Shown piece after piece: positions 12,775-24,110 of a stretch of 64,000 nucleotides of DNA. The notes below the pieces were generated by a model. That model had not been told where the DNA came from. It did not search any database and saw only the letters and a list, made by a program, of their open reading frames with translations. The DNA is taken from the NCBI RefSeq assembly GCF_001194135.2, contig NC_068983.1:94760659-94824658 (forward strand), given 5' to 3'. This DNA comes from Octopus bimaculoides (Eukaryota). Both the position numbers and the translations under genes were made by a program. Every line of letters begins with the position of its first letter. Within the stretch, counting starts at the first letter, position 1.

Positions 12775-15700
12775 ATGTATATGTATGTGTATATATATAT
12801 GTGTGTGTGTGTGTGTATATGTATGTGTATATATATATGTGTGTGTGTGTGTATGTATATGTATGTGTATATATATGTATATGTGTGTGTGTATGTATAT
12901 GTACGTGTATATATATGTATATGTGTGTGTGGGTGTATGTATATGTATGTGACTGATGCATAAAATACTAGTGGAAGTTTGGAGATGCACTTGAACCTTA
13001 GTGGAATTAGAAAATTAAGTTAGATTACAATGGATACATGACTATAACGAGAAAGGCACCGTAGCTCTAATTTAAGGAAGGGATTACTATAGTTAATGGG
13101 TCAGTTAAAAATATCTCACTCGAACCCCAAATTATCCATTAATAGGAGTTAACCTGTAATAGTGCAGACCAACCCTAGGTTGCGGCACTATAGTATGTGC
13201 AGCCTATAAGTGTAGATTGTATAAGTTTCAATATAGGATTATTATTAATAATAATAAGAAGAACAACAACAACAACAACAATAACAATAATAATAGTAGA
13301 AGAGTTTGTGAGCGCACACAATAGTAAGGTGGAAGCAGACCATATAGAAAGAATTGTAATAAAGATGTAAGCGGCGGCTGGGAATTTGCTACCCAGACCT
13401 AGGAACAACTCAGTATAGATTGGATATAAAGAAGAGAAGTGGAACGGGTAATACAGTACAGTACAATACAGCCAATTGTTAGATCTCTAAACAGAATATA
13501 AGTGCATGACTCAACCATGATAAGGGTAGATATTAAATTAAAATAGGAACTGGGAATAAGATAACAAACTGGGGATTTTAGTAAGAAGAGATGAGGTTCA
13601 AATCTTAGTATAAGACCCATAGAATATAATGGTAATAGCAAATAATGATAATATATTGAAATATTATTCAATATATCAGTGATGGAGCTTGAAAAGATTC
13701 CTAGGAGCAATGATTTCTGGATAAAATTCTCTTAGCCCAATAATGAGACACAGTATTAATGTAAAATAAAATAATAGCAATGATAGCCTCCCAGGGGCAA
13801 CTAAAATAATCTACCTATCGGGGATAGTCAATAGTCATTAATAAATAAATTAATAAATAAAATAAATTAATCTAGTAGACATTCACAGGAGTGCGGTAAC
13901 AATAGAAAAGATTTAGGAGTTACCTCCCCTGTATATCAATCAAAATATAATCAAGACAGCATGGCGGAAAGAACGGTACAGTTAAATAATTTTTAATAAT
14001 CTGTTCTGATCGATAATTGGGTTTTTTGGTCATTTGTTCTAATGGAAGCCATTCCTGAGGAAGTGCCAAACGTCAGACATCCAACGGATCAGTCGTTGGA
14101 TAGAGTTGAGCACAGAAATGTTGACATCGAATGGTAAATAATTAAATAAATGGAATAAAAATCGATCGTGTTGAAAATCTCTATCCTTTTTATATATATA
14201 TATATATGCGCGCGCACACAGCAAGTGCATATGTAATTGCACAGTCTTTGAAATACTTTGTAGCGGGAATGTTCAGCAGTCACATCACTACACCTGATGT
14301 CATGATTCAGTAGAATATTACCCACATGATTAGCAAAATCTGACCAATCACGACTTTGTGTGGAATAGGCTCCAGTGATGGTTTCATCTTTTAGAACAGG
14401 GGTTTTCAAACTGGTGGACAGCAAATACTTTTTATGGGCAATTTGATTTTATATATGTTTTTTAATCGAAATCTTTTAATTGACAATAAACCTATTTGTT
14501 AAATACTGTTAAATAAATAAATGTAAAAATATATGTTATTTTAAGCAAATATTTATGTATAAATTTCATAAACGTTTATAAGGGGGATCCCTAAGGTAAA
14601 GCTTGAAATATAAAGGGGTCCGCATGTCAAAAAGTTTGAAAACCCCTGTTTTAGAACAATTCCTTTTGAGCCTATCCATGTATAGCACATCCATCTCAAA
14701 TATTTCTTATAAATTCTTCTTGTTCTCGTTTTCTTTGTGTATCTCTACACAAGATCTATAGACTGTAAAGAACATTAAACCTACATAAGTTAAGTGTGCT
14801 TTTGGCAGGGATACAGTGCTACTCTTTTGACAAGATATGAACCATTTGTAAATTGATACCTTCATGTCCCACTTAGAACTTTGTATTAAAGATTTATTTA
14901 TGATAGCAATACTGAACTACTTCCTGTACTTGTTGTTTCACATAAAGACATTAATGTATTATTTGTCATCTCAGATATATTGATATTTGTATTTAAGTCT
15001 CTAGCCTTTTCTCCATCTTCAGATTTAATTTAATAACAATACTAATACTTGCAGGGAAAAAGCATGATAGCCATCATTTCTCATGGTCCCATTCCTCAAA
15101 CAAAATCTCAGATTTTATATCATGCTTTGGAGTTTGAGCTTTTTTTCCATTTCTTTTCTATCAGACAAAAGAAGAAAATGAAGAGGCTGGCTAAAAAGAA
15201 AAAGATGCAGGAAAATAAATGTGAGCTTTTTACCCTATTGTTTACACTTTTTTCATACCATACATCTCTTTTAGTACTATTGCTGAATCAATCCTACCAA
15301 CCACTCCATCAATCCTACCAACCACTCCATCAATCCTACCAACCACTCCATCAATCCTACCAACCACTCCATCAATCCTACCAACCCACTCCATCAATCC
15401 TACCAACCCACTCCNNNNNNNNNNNNNNNNNNNNNNNNNNNNNNNNNNNNNNNNNNNATCAATCCTACCAACCACTCCATCAATCCTACCAACCACTCCA
15501 TCAATCCTACCAACCACTCCATCAATCCTACCAACCCACTCCATCAATCCTACCAACCACTCCATCAATCCTACCAAACACTCCATCAATCCTACAGCTG
15601 TTATTGAGCAGACATACGATCAAAGTCATGATGATCCTGTTTTTTTTTTTATATATATATTTAGCTCGAGTGGGTCCAGTAGTACACATGTATTCCTTCA

Positions 15701-17811
15701 TTTTGAAGATAGTGGGGGGTGGATTCAGAAGAAATTTAGCTGCTCTTAGCAAATAGAGTGACCACATAGAGGATTCCTATTTGACTTGTCCATATTAGGT
15801 AGGTTTTCCTCAATTTGAGTTCAATTATGTTACAGATAGTGTCCTTCTGCCATTTACTTTAAGTTTCTTATTTCTTTATTGCCCACAAGGGGCTAGACAC
15901 AGAGGAGACAAACGGATTAAGTCGATTATATCGATCCCAGTATGTAACTGGTACTTATTTAATCGACCCCAAAAGGATGAAAGCAAAGTCGACCTTGGCG
16001 GAATTTGAACTCAGAATGTCATGGCAGACGAAATACCACTTAGCATTTCGCTCTGCGTGCAAACAGTTCTGCCAGCTCACTGCTCCTCATTTACTTTGAG
16101 TTTCTGTTTTACAAACTTATTTTGTCTGAAACCAATTATGGTTTCCTGTACGGACACCTCACAGTGTCAATAAAGTAGAGTACCAGTCATCATTAAACCT
16201 CTTTTGTTTAGCTGTTTCATGACATTGACAAGCTACACCGGTGAAATACATATCTGTCACTCTCTTGGCCACTTAGCTATGAAGTGCATTGTGGTTTTTA
16301 GCACAATAGGTTTATAAAGGGATTTTTCCTGGATGGAAAACCACAGCTTATGGCTTTTCAATAGCACATGTATGTTAGGTGTGTTATGTAGAATAAAATT
16401 TTACTCTAAAGCTGCTTCTATTGCATAATTTGAAGATATGTATCAACCTATATGTATATATGCATACACATTTTACATGTATATATATAGAGATAGAGAG
16501 AGAGAGAGATGAGTATAGATATGTTTAGGTATGTATATATCAGTGGCGTGCGGTGACTTCTGGAGTTGGGCATGCAATGAACCCCCGGCAATTTTTCAGT
16601 AAAAACATTTTCGTATTCCTACAATTTACACAAAACGAAAAAAAAAACGTTAATTAAACTAATTTAAGATTAATTAGCTACTTCTGAAATAAGAAATATA
16701 ATATATATAATATTTTGGTTTTCAGAACACTCCAAAAATATAATAGTGCAAACAGATGTTTTGGATAAAAAAATTCAAACTTACACGCCAGGCTTGTCTA
16801 AAAATTATGGCTAATTATAGCAGTTCTAAAGAACTGATCCAGTTCCGGTCAATAAGTGGAACATGCAACAATTCTACACTAACAAGGAGAGAGAGAGGGG
16901 GCCTCATGCATTTTTTTAACCGCATGGCCAGCCTGATTTAATTGCCGAGTCACTGGTAGAGAGAGGAAGGGGGTACAAAATATTTCAAACGCGCTGTCTT
17001 AGCATATCTTTTAACAGGTCACTAAGAGAGAGGGGGGGGGACAAACTAACAGAGATAGATAGAGATAGTTGACATGCGGCTTGTTTCATAGCATTGCCTA
17101 CCTGATATATTTGTCGATAGAGAGAGGAAGGGGGTACAAAATATATATGCTATCGGTCTTAGTATATCTTTTAACAGGTCACTAAGAGAGAGAGGGAGGA
17201 AGGACAAACTAACAGACACAGATAGGAAGTGTTTACATGCGGTCTCCTCATCGCATAACTTACTAGTCACTAAATGAGGGGAAGGGAGACAGAATATTTC
17301 GAAGACAACTGGACAAATTTTCTTTGAAACAAAGTAAATATTTTATCTAATTTCCCAATAGAAATTACTGGACATGCGCTGCTTACTTTGCATTACCGAG
17401 ACTGCACGCCACTGGTATATATATATATATTATATGCTTGGATATGTACATATTATGTTTAGATATGAAAGTAATTTATTTTTCGTAATAAAAATGCTCA
17501 TAATTAACATTATGTAACATTTACAGTATACAACCTATTATTATTTTACCTCATTCATGTCACCTTAAAATGCCAAGATACCCAATATATCATAGTTTGG
17601 TTCAGTAACCATTTTCTTCTGATTTTTTTTCTTCTATGTTTTTATTGTTTAATTTTCTTGTCTACTATTAACTGATGAATTGAACTTGATCTGAGATCAA
17701 ATCATTTATTTTTCAGCCAAACAAGTTGGTTCTAATAAGGATATTTCTGAAAATAAAGATACTTCTGATGAAAATGACAGCGATCCTGACAGTAGCTCTG
17801 AAGAAGATTAG
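4101..17811 (+). CDS. PRKRIP1: PRKR-interacting protein 1 homolog, join(4101-4184,8202-8280,10313-10413,11433-11518,15165-15220,17717-17811), 501 nt, 166 aa
   Basis: All five introns are GT-AG with consistent phases (0,1,0,2,1). The spliced translation contains [46 protein letters not shown] and a basic KKRAKRQKKK region, matching the PRKRIP1 family from recall. Confidence 0.95.
7116..8076 (+). mobile_element. Internally deleted piggyBac in PRKRIP1 intron 1
   Basis: Perfect 14-bp TIRs CCCTTTCGTTACTA / TAGTAACGAAAGGG; TTAA TSDs at 7112-7115 and 8077-8080; acidic transposase N-terminus from 7332; [32 protein letters not shown] at about 7687-7785. Confidence 0.92.
8202..8280 (+). CDS. PRKRIP1: PRKRIP1 exon 2 ([27 protein letters not shown])
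   Basis: Acceptor tttcAG; donor GTGAGT at 8281. Confidence 0.95.
9366..10202 (+). mobile_element. Deleted maT (DD37D) Tc1/mariner element in PRKRIP1 intron 2
   Basis: TA flanks; ends C(C/A)GGGTGC; [10 protein letters not shown] start; [23 protein letters not shown]; QQD...[16 protein letters not shown] with 37 residues between the Asp residues after repairing one frameshift. Confidence 0.85.
10313..10413 (+). CDS. PRKRIP1: PRKRIP1 exon 3 ([34 protein letters not shown])
   Basis: Family signature GSSAGAGSG(D/E)FHVYR; acceptor cttAG; donor GTGAGT at 10414. Confidence 0.97.
10580..10870 (-). mobile_element. CR1/L2-type LINE RT C-terminal remnant
   Basis: [13 protein letters not shown]...[12 protein letters not shown] motif. 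Confidence 0.65.
11433..11518 (+). CDS. PRKRIP1: PRKRIP1 exon 4 ([29 protein letters not shown])
   Basis: Acceptor tatacAG; donor GTAAAT at 11519; AAEERT-KKR motif. Confidence 0.93.
11581..14191 (+). mobile_element. 5'-truncated Penelope-like element (Naiad-type GIY-YIG) with inverted terminal duplication, in PRKRIP1 intron 4
   Basis: Stop-free frame 11980-12546 ([45 protein letters not shown]); inverted repeat of about 290 bp at 11706-11996 and 13901-14191. Confidence 0.75.
12710..12950. repeat. Compound (TA)/(TG) microsatellite
   Basis: Directly visible; source of several spurious ORFs. Confidence 0.95.
14397..14648. mobile_element. hAT (Charlie-like) MITE
   Basis: Perfect 16-bp TIRs CAGGGGTTTTCAAACT; 8-bp TSD TTTTAGAA on both sides. 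Confidence 0.92.
15165..15220 (+). CDS. PRKRIP1: PRKRIP1 exon 5 ([19 protein letters not shown])
   Basis: Long pyrimidine tract plus tcAG; donor GTGAGC at 15221; phase 2 to 1. Confidence 0.88.
15287..15595. repeat. 21/22-bp minisatellite (CAATCCTACCAACCACTCCAT)n
   Basis: Tandem copies on both sides of the 15415-15457 gap. Confidence 0.95.
15870..16085 (-). mobile_element. tRNA-derived SINE (MetaSINE-like core)
   Basis: Minus-strand GAGTTCAAATTCC B box and CTTTCATCCTTTTGGGGTCGAT..AAGTACCAG core, shared with copies near 2100-2240, 29540-29800 and 40880-41090. Confidence 0.65.
16541..17414. mobile_element. Non-autonomous hAT element
   Basis: TIRs CAGTGGCGTGC; 8-bp TSD GTATATAT (16533-16540 and 17415-17422); internal duplication with a period of about 160 bp. 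Confidence 0.9.
17717..17811 (+). CDS. PRKRIP1: PRKRIP1 exon 6 ([31 protein letters not shown])
   Basis: Acceptor tttttcAG; phase matches exon 5; acidic tail; TAG at 17809-17811. Confidence 0.85.
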
Positions 17812-17834
17812 CACAATTAAGAATTCTCTAATTA

Positions 17835-19300
17835 GCCTGGAAATTATATTTTTTGTCTGGGAAGGATCACAGGATAGTTTAATGGACTTCTTGCATTTCT
17901 GTGATTGTTATGCTAGAAACTATGGCTTTAAGTCCAACATAAAATTTATGTCTAGTTTTTCAAAAACTAGCGTTGAATTTTTGGACACAAAAGTCAAGTT
18001 TTCTGGAGGCAGAATAGTGACAGTTATTTTGCAAGCCAACGTCATCCCACATTTATCTCCACCGCCGCTCCGATCATCCACATCATCTTATTCGGTCAAA
18101 TCCGAAATCCCAATTTTTGAGGATAAAACGGATTTGTACTGACATAGGGGATTACTGGAAACATACAAATGCTTTTGTATGTCATTATGTCAAATGAGGT
18201 TACAGTGAATCATGTTTAAAGGAAACAGAAAATGAAATAGCTAAGATTGGCAAAGATAGTCAAACCTATACGCATAATTTTAGCAAACAAAATACACTAG
18301 ATGACAGAATTCCTTTAGTGATTAGCTGGCACCGATGTTTTGCTGGCATTTCAAAAGTATTGCCTGAAAGTTACCAACATGTGGTGAAAAAATATCCCAG
18401 TTTCAAACAGATATTTCCTCAACCGCCCATTGTAGCCTTTTGACGGAATAAGAACATAAAAGAATTATTGACCCCTGTTTCTGTCTCCAAGAAAACGAAC
18501 ATTTGGAGTATCTGCATGCTGTACCTTAAAGAACAGCCGCAAGAGAGGTAAGCCCTGTTCATTGTGCAACAACATGAGTGAAGTGAATTCCATCAGAAAT
18601 CATAACAGAAATGTTATGATTTATACAGAAGGGGGAACATGTAAAGATTCCCATTTAGTGTATGCTGCAGAATGCACGAAATACAACTTAATTTATGTTA
18701 GTTGTACAACAGAAAAATTAAACAAAAGATCTAATGGGCACACATTCGATGTTAGGCACAAGAACAGTAGTTCAACAGAACTTGCTAAACAGTTCGTTTC
18801 AAGCGGCTGCAATTTTGAAGAAGACTTGAAAGTGCATATTCTCAAAAAATATTCTGAATCTACCCCACTTTCACTTCTCAGAATGTATGAGGAGAAATAT
18901 GTTTGCAGGTTATTAACATCATGCCCTGGAGGAATGAATAAGATGACAGGAGAATATCATCAAATTTTTATAAAACTGTTTGATTGAATATTCTTCTTTC
19001 TTTCTTTTTCTTTCCTTTTTTCTGTCGTCTTCCTTTTTCTATTTTTTTCTTTCTTTCTGCCTGTTATAAAACTTAAAAACTGATGATGTCATTCCATCAA
19101 CGTGTGGACGCTGGTTGCTCTCGTTCATACTTTACGTTTATATTTCTGAAATTTTTAATTTTTAATCACCTCTTGTTTTGAACTTGGCAAAGACAGACAT
19201 ACTGTTGAAATATTGTTCAACGAATAAAATATCTATACAATTGAATCGCACTCTTCATCTTGACTATTTACCTTCGTGAAGAGTTACATCAATCCTTTTT
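17835..19300 (+). mobile_element. Degenerate 5'-truncated Penelope-like element immediately after the PRKRIP1 stop codon
   Basis: RT C-terminus IFFVWEGSQDSL..SVEFLDTKV, then KPTSSHIYLHRRSDHP..PKSQFLRIKRICT, a CSLC linker, and GIY-YIG ORF 18562-18987 (LVYAAECTKYNLIYVSCTT). Confidence 0.88.
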
Positions 19301-19304
19301 AAGA

Positions 19305-19746
19305 TATTATTATTACTCAGGTCATTGCCTGGAATCGAACTCGGAATCTTGGGGTTAGTAGCCCACACTCTTAGCCACTACACCATATGCCTGTGGGCAC
19401 GTAGAGTGAATTATAGGGCTTATAAATCTAATATTTTCCTATCCTTTATAAGTCCTAAAATTCACTCCATAATTGCCCACAGGCATATGGCATAGTGGTT
19501 AAGAGCACGGGCTACTAACCCCAAGATTCCGAGTTTGATTCCAGACAGTGACCTGAATAATGATAATAATAACATCAAAAAATACCTTAGGAATGAGAAC
19601 CCAAGTTTCAAATTTCCCTAAGACACCTAATGAAGGCTGGAGGGTATATCAGCCGAAATGTTGTGTTAACAACAAACAAGATGAGGACAAATATCCATCA
19701 AATGTAAATAATGTACATAATTCCTCATCTCTTAAATTTAGAAATT
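19305..19746 (+). mobile_element. tRNA-headed, hammerhead-bearing short element, copy A (inverted duplicate head; decayed ribozyme core)
   Basis: tRNA-like head at about 19480-19555 mirrored at 19311-19398; (AAT)n; CTAATGA..GAAATGTT core at 19627-19662; same body as copy B. Confidence 0.75.
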
Positions 19747-20164
19747 GATGTACAGTTTTAATATTATTGACTGCTATGAACATTCAAACTTGCACCTGTC
19801 CTCCTAATTCATAATGCTAAATTTATCTCTTTTGAACATGTTAATTTGTCAACATAGAAACTTTTAAAGATGCTTTTCTAATTCATCATTTTAAACTTTT
19901 ACCATTGATAAACAAAAAATATTGTTGAAACTAGTTTGGTATATATATAAGTAAATGTATTTTAAACAATTACAAGTTTTTGAAATTTAGGTGCATTTTC
20001 AACAACACATTTCCCTATATTTTCTCCTGCATAGAAACACCCTGCCTCTTTTGTCATTTATATTTATATACATATATATATGTACACAGATGCATAGAAC
20101 ACTTTATGACTCATATTGATTTCCAACACACACACACACGTTTGTGTGTGTGTGTATATATATA

Positions 20165-20327
20165 TTCAGCTGTGTGGTAAGTAGCTTGCTTACGAACCAC
20201 ATGGTTCCGGGTTCAGTCCCATTACGTGGCACCTTGGGCAAGTCTCTTCTTCTGTAGCCTCGGGCCGACCAAAGCCTTGTGAGTGGATTTGGTAGATGGA
20301 AACTGAAAGAAGCCCATCGTATACATG

Positions 20328-20362
<35 letters not shown>

Positions 20363-20555
20363 ATGTGTTTGTCCCCCCAACATCACTTGACAACCGATGC
20401 TGGTGTGTTTACGTCCCCGTAACTTAGCAGTTCGGCAAAAGAGACTAATAGTATAAGTACTAGGCTTAGAAAGAATAAGTCCTGGGGTCGATTTGCTCGA
20501 CTAAAGGCGGTGCTCCAGCATGGCCACAGTCAAATGACTGAAACAAGTAAAAGAG
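20165..20555 (+). mobile_element. tRNA-derived SINE with internal (TA/TG)n
   Basis: GGTTCAGTCCC B-box-like head; near-identical body in opposite orientation at 33100-33530; partial copies at about 39295, 47455 and 61340. Confidence 0.8.
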
Positions 20556-21683
20556 ATATGTATATATACACATGAGTTGCACCTACCTGGTACTTTCAGA
20601 TTCTTGTCCTTGAAAATTTCCATTTGATTTGGCATTTATGTACAACACATGCACATTTCTTACTCATTCTCTTTCTCTCCTTGTTTTTGCATTGTTGTGT
20701 ATAACGGTCATTGTTAGTTCTCAGCTACATAAATCTCATTCTGCTTCCATATTTATTTCTATGTTCTCTTGCATCTCCAGAATAAATATATAGCAAAATT
20801 GGCCGCTGATATATTTTCCGAAGTGATTGAATCTGAATGAATCTAATTTGCCAAATTCTTATCAATATAATGCTTATTAATTTTGATATAATATTTTGTA
20901 AGTGAAAAATTTGGAATTTTTTTCCTGTTTAAACCATTTCATTCCTATTTTTGTTATAAAATTCAAACTATCTTTTTTAATGGCTTATCTTATTTTTCAC
21001 ATATTTCTACTTGCTTTTGGCATTGAATTGCAATATACTTTACTTTGTTATTTCTAACTTTTCTCTCTCTTTTTGAGAGAAAAGGAAGAAGTTATGCCAG
21101 CATGGAAGGCAGACATTAAATGATAATAATGTTATATATATTTATATATACACACACACACACACACACTTTATTTGTGAGTCAACAAGGGAACCAATGG
21201 TTTCCATTTGGTTTGTTAGTTATGATTAGTCCATGTTATTCCAAAAGAACCATAGGGCCTATTTCCCAGTTTCTCTGACGTATGTATTCCTCTCTAGATG
21301 GGAAGCTGGTCCTTCACAAGATTACTCATTTCTACCAGCTGAGCAGACTGGAGCCATGTGAAATGATGTGCTTTGGTTCAGAATGCAAAGTATCGCCTGG
21401 TTCAGGAATTGAAACCACAATCTTAAAACCATGAGTCCAACAATCTAACCATTAAGCCATGCACCTCCATATGGTATACTTGAACAATTGTGAAGATTTA
21501 CTCACATGAAACCATTGGTTGCCTTGTTAACCCACACATAAAAAATATATATCCACCAATGCAGTATTGAGCACTCACTGTTCAAATTAGCGTGTATGTG
21601 TGTGTGTGTAAATGTTGAACAATGAGAATGAATGCTCAGCGCCACATTAGTGGATAATATTTATTTATGTATTAAGGCTAAAA

Positions 21684-22073
21684 TTGGTTTCATGTTAAGA
21701 AAATATCTAAAAACATTTTTCAAACCAAACACATGGAGGAATGGTGTTTGTCTCCATTTTGGAGACAAATCACAGGAATTCACAATAAAGTCTCAGAAGA
21801 ACTTTTGGAAAACAGAACAAGAAATCAAGTGGGGTGACTCTTGGGTAACACTTTTTGGGTGATTCTCTCCCTTATATTTGACTTTTGGAAAAAAATTTGT
21901 GTTGAATAATAAGTTTGTTTAGATTATGTTATATCCTAGGTATGCGAGACTTTGTCATGAATTCCCATGAGTTTTTGAGTTTTAATCCAAAATGGAGATG
22001 AACACCATTCCTCCATGTGATCGATTTGAAAAATTGTTAGGATATTAAGAGATTTTCTTAACATGAAATCAAT
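21684..22073. mobile_element. Foldback/MITE-like element with 110-125 bp imperfect inverted arms
   Basis: 21684-21795 is the diverged reverse complement of 21946-22073 (e.g. CACATGGAGGAATGGTGTT..CTCCATTTTGGA). Confidence 0.6.
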
Positions 22074-24071
22074 GGTAGCATCTCTGTTTCTGGAGGATCT
22101 GTCACAATTACTAAATGGCAATTGAGAATGGGGAGAAAATCTGATGAATCCAAAATTCTCGAAAGTTAACATGCCATCAAGGAAAAGGATAGACTTATTG
22201 TTTGGAGATAAGTGGGCATGTTTCTGCTTAAGTAGGTGTCATCAGCACAACAATTGTCCTACCCTATCTGCAGTAGCCACATTTATTGCCTGGGTAATTT
22301 GTGTAAATTAAACAAAGAGAAATAACTGACATTGGCTAGTGGCATGTCAAGAATTTATGTTGTATAGTATTTGATATACCTGTATTTGATAGTGTTGTGT
22401 GTCTATGTTTGTGTTTACACTGGTTTGAATAAAACTTGTGTTGTTTATGTTGTGTGTTGAACTTAGTAACTTATCACATAGGAATGTATAAAAAAAGTAC
22501 CAGTCTGAAAAAAGTTCTGGAGTCAATATGGTTGATTAATTAAACCTTTGAAAGCAGTACCATGGATGGCTACAGTCTTATGAGCAAACCCAGTAAAAGC
22601 TTATCAGAATACAGAAGAAAAAGTGTTGCCTTAGGAAGTTATAACTAGGATGCATTTGAAAGGCATCCAGCCATATAAACTATGTCAAAGCCGACACTGG
22701 AGCTTCATGTAGCCTTGCAGCACACCAGATCCTGTCAAGCCATCCAACCCATACCAGCATGGAAAGCAAACATTGTTGATGATGATGATGATAATGTAAT
22801 ATATATTTAAAATGTGATAAGAATAGAAAGTAATTATTAACATTTGTCTCAGTGCTAAAGGGGTTTTTCAATCACCTGTGTGTGTGTATGTAAATAAATA
22901 TAGATGCATGTGTACTTATGTGGAGTGTATGTCTATAGAATTGGTGTATAAGTATAGTAAAATGCATCAAGAGATTTTGATTTGTTCTACTACAAATGTT
23001 AATGTTTGAGAACATAATAACATTGCAGAGGTCTGGTGCTGTGCTGAGTCCAAAGAAAACCTACTTGACTCTGGGAACACTAGTCCAATAAACTGTAAGC
23101 AGGTACCAAGGACTCATTGTAATTTGCTGTTCTAAATAGAAAGAGCCTTATAAAACTAATTAGTGTTTTGTTAGCTTGCAGCATAGGTTCAAAATTTGTG
23201 TATTTAGCTTAATGAGAAATGTCAGTTTAATAAGCTGTCCAGTATGATACTGACACCTACTGCTTAGGCATCTTTATCAATATTCAGACCAAACTCTAGT
23301 TAAGTGGTTATAAGTAGAAAGAGTATTCAGCTGTAAAGCTCCAACAAAACAAAAATGATTTTCTGTATGTGATAAAAAAAAGTACCCTAATTTGTCTTCT
23401 TGTATATTAAATGTCTGAGTTGAATTGTTTGCTAGACTATTAACTGCCACTTCAGAATGTATTTACAATGTTTATGTCTACAAAATGTTTCAATTGGTTT
23501 GATCTCTAATTGTCATCAGGTGTCTTATTCTCAAATATACACAAGGTCCCAAACTGATTTAAACTTGGAAGCTTTATTTCTAAGCTAAGAAAAAGAAGGT
23601 ATGTTCTCTTCTGATAGGCCACTGAAGCATGTACTTCTTGTTTACTTGTAGTCCTCATTCTCCTGAAGGTGTGTATGTGTACACACAGCACCAGACCAAT
23701 TGTACAACAGTCTTGGGACCAGAAATGTCGTAGATTTCTAGATGTTTTTGGTTTTGGGGAGACAGTCTAAATATATACATAAAATATTAAATATACTATG
23801 AAATATAAAGAACTAAATTGTATGCTCTACACTGCCAAAGCATAGTCTGTTTGATATTTTTTTATCTATACCATACTCTACCGGAAAATTAAAAAATGCA
23901 AAGTAAAGAACATTATTTTAACAGATACAGGTATGAATTAATATACTTCTAATGCAGAGTATGTTTAATCTTTATCAATTCACTTTAAAAAGTGAAGAAC
24001 AAAACTATTTTTAACACTGTATGCAAATTAATCAATTTCTGAAAGTCTTTTTATTCAATATAGGGTACAAT

Positions 24072-24072
<1 letters not shown>

Positions 24073-24110
<38 letters not shown>

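Noticed and set aside
12641-12990. His/Thr/Tyr and Val/Cys-rich ORFs
   Set aside because: They are translations of a TA/TG microsatellite.
14050-14080. Hammerhead-like CTGAGGA..AAACGTC in the PLE terminal repeat
   Set aside because: Both copies lack G12, a stem II and stem I pairing, so it is not supportable as a ribozyme.
15049-15756. 235-aa ORF with QSYQPLH repeats; CRISPR-like periodicity
   Set aside because: This is exon 5 read through into a minisatellite; there are no unique spacers and the context is eukaryotic.
17673-17694. C/D box pair TGATGA...CTGA
   Set aside because: Only 12 nt separate the boxes, too short for a snoRNA.
17726-18142. PRKRIP1-Penelope RT read-through fusion
   Set aside because: The RT remnant is in a different frame from exon 6 and is itself frameshifted.
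19480-19555. tRNA-Ser(ACT) gene (also 19311-19398 and 36551-36630)
   Set aside because: There is no proper acceptor stem, and the sequence is embedded in a repeated element with an (AAT)n tail; it is a SINE-type head.
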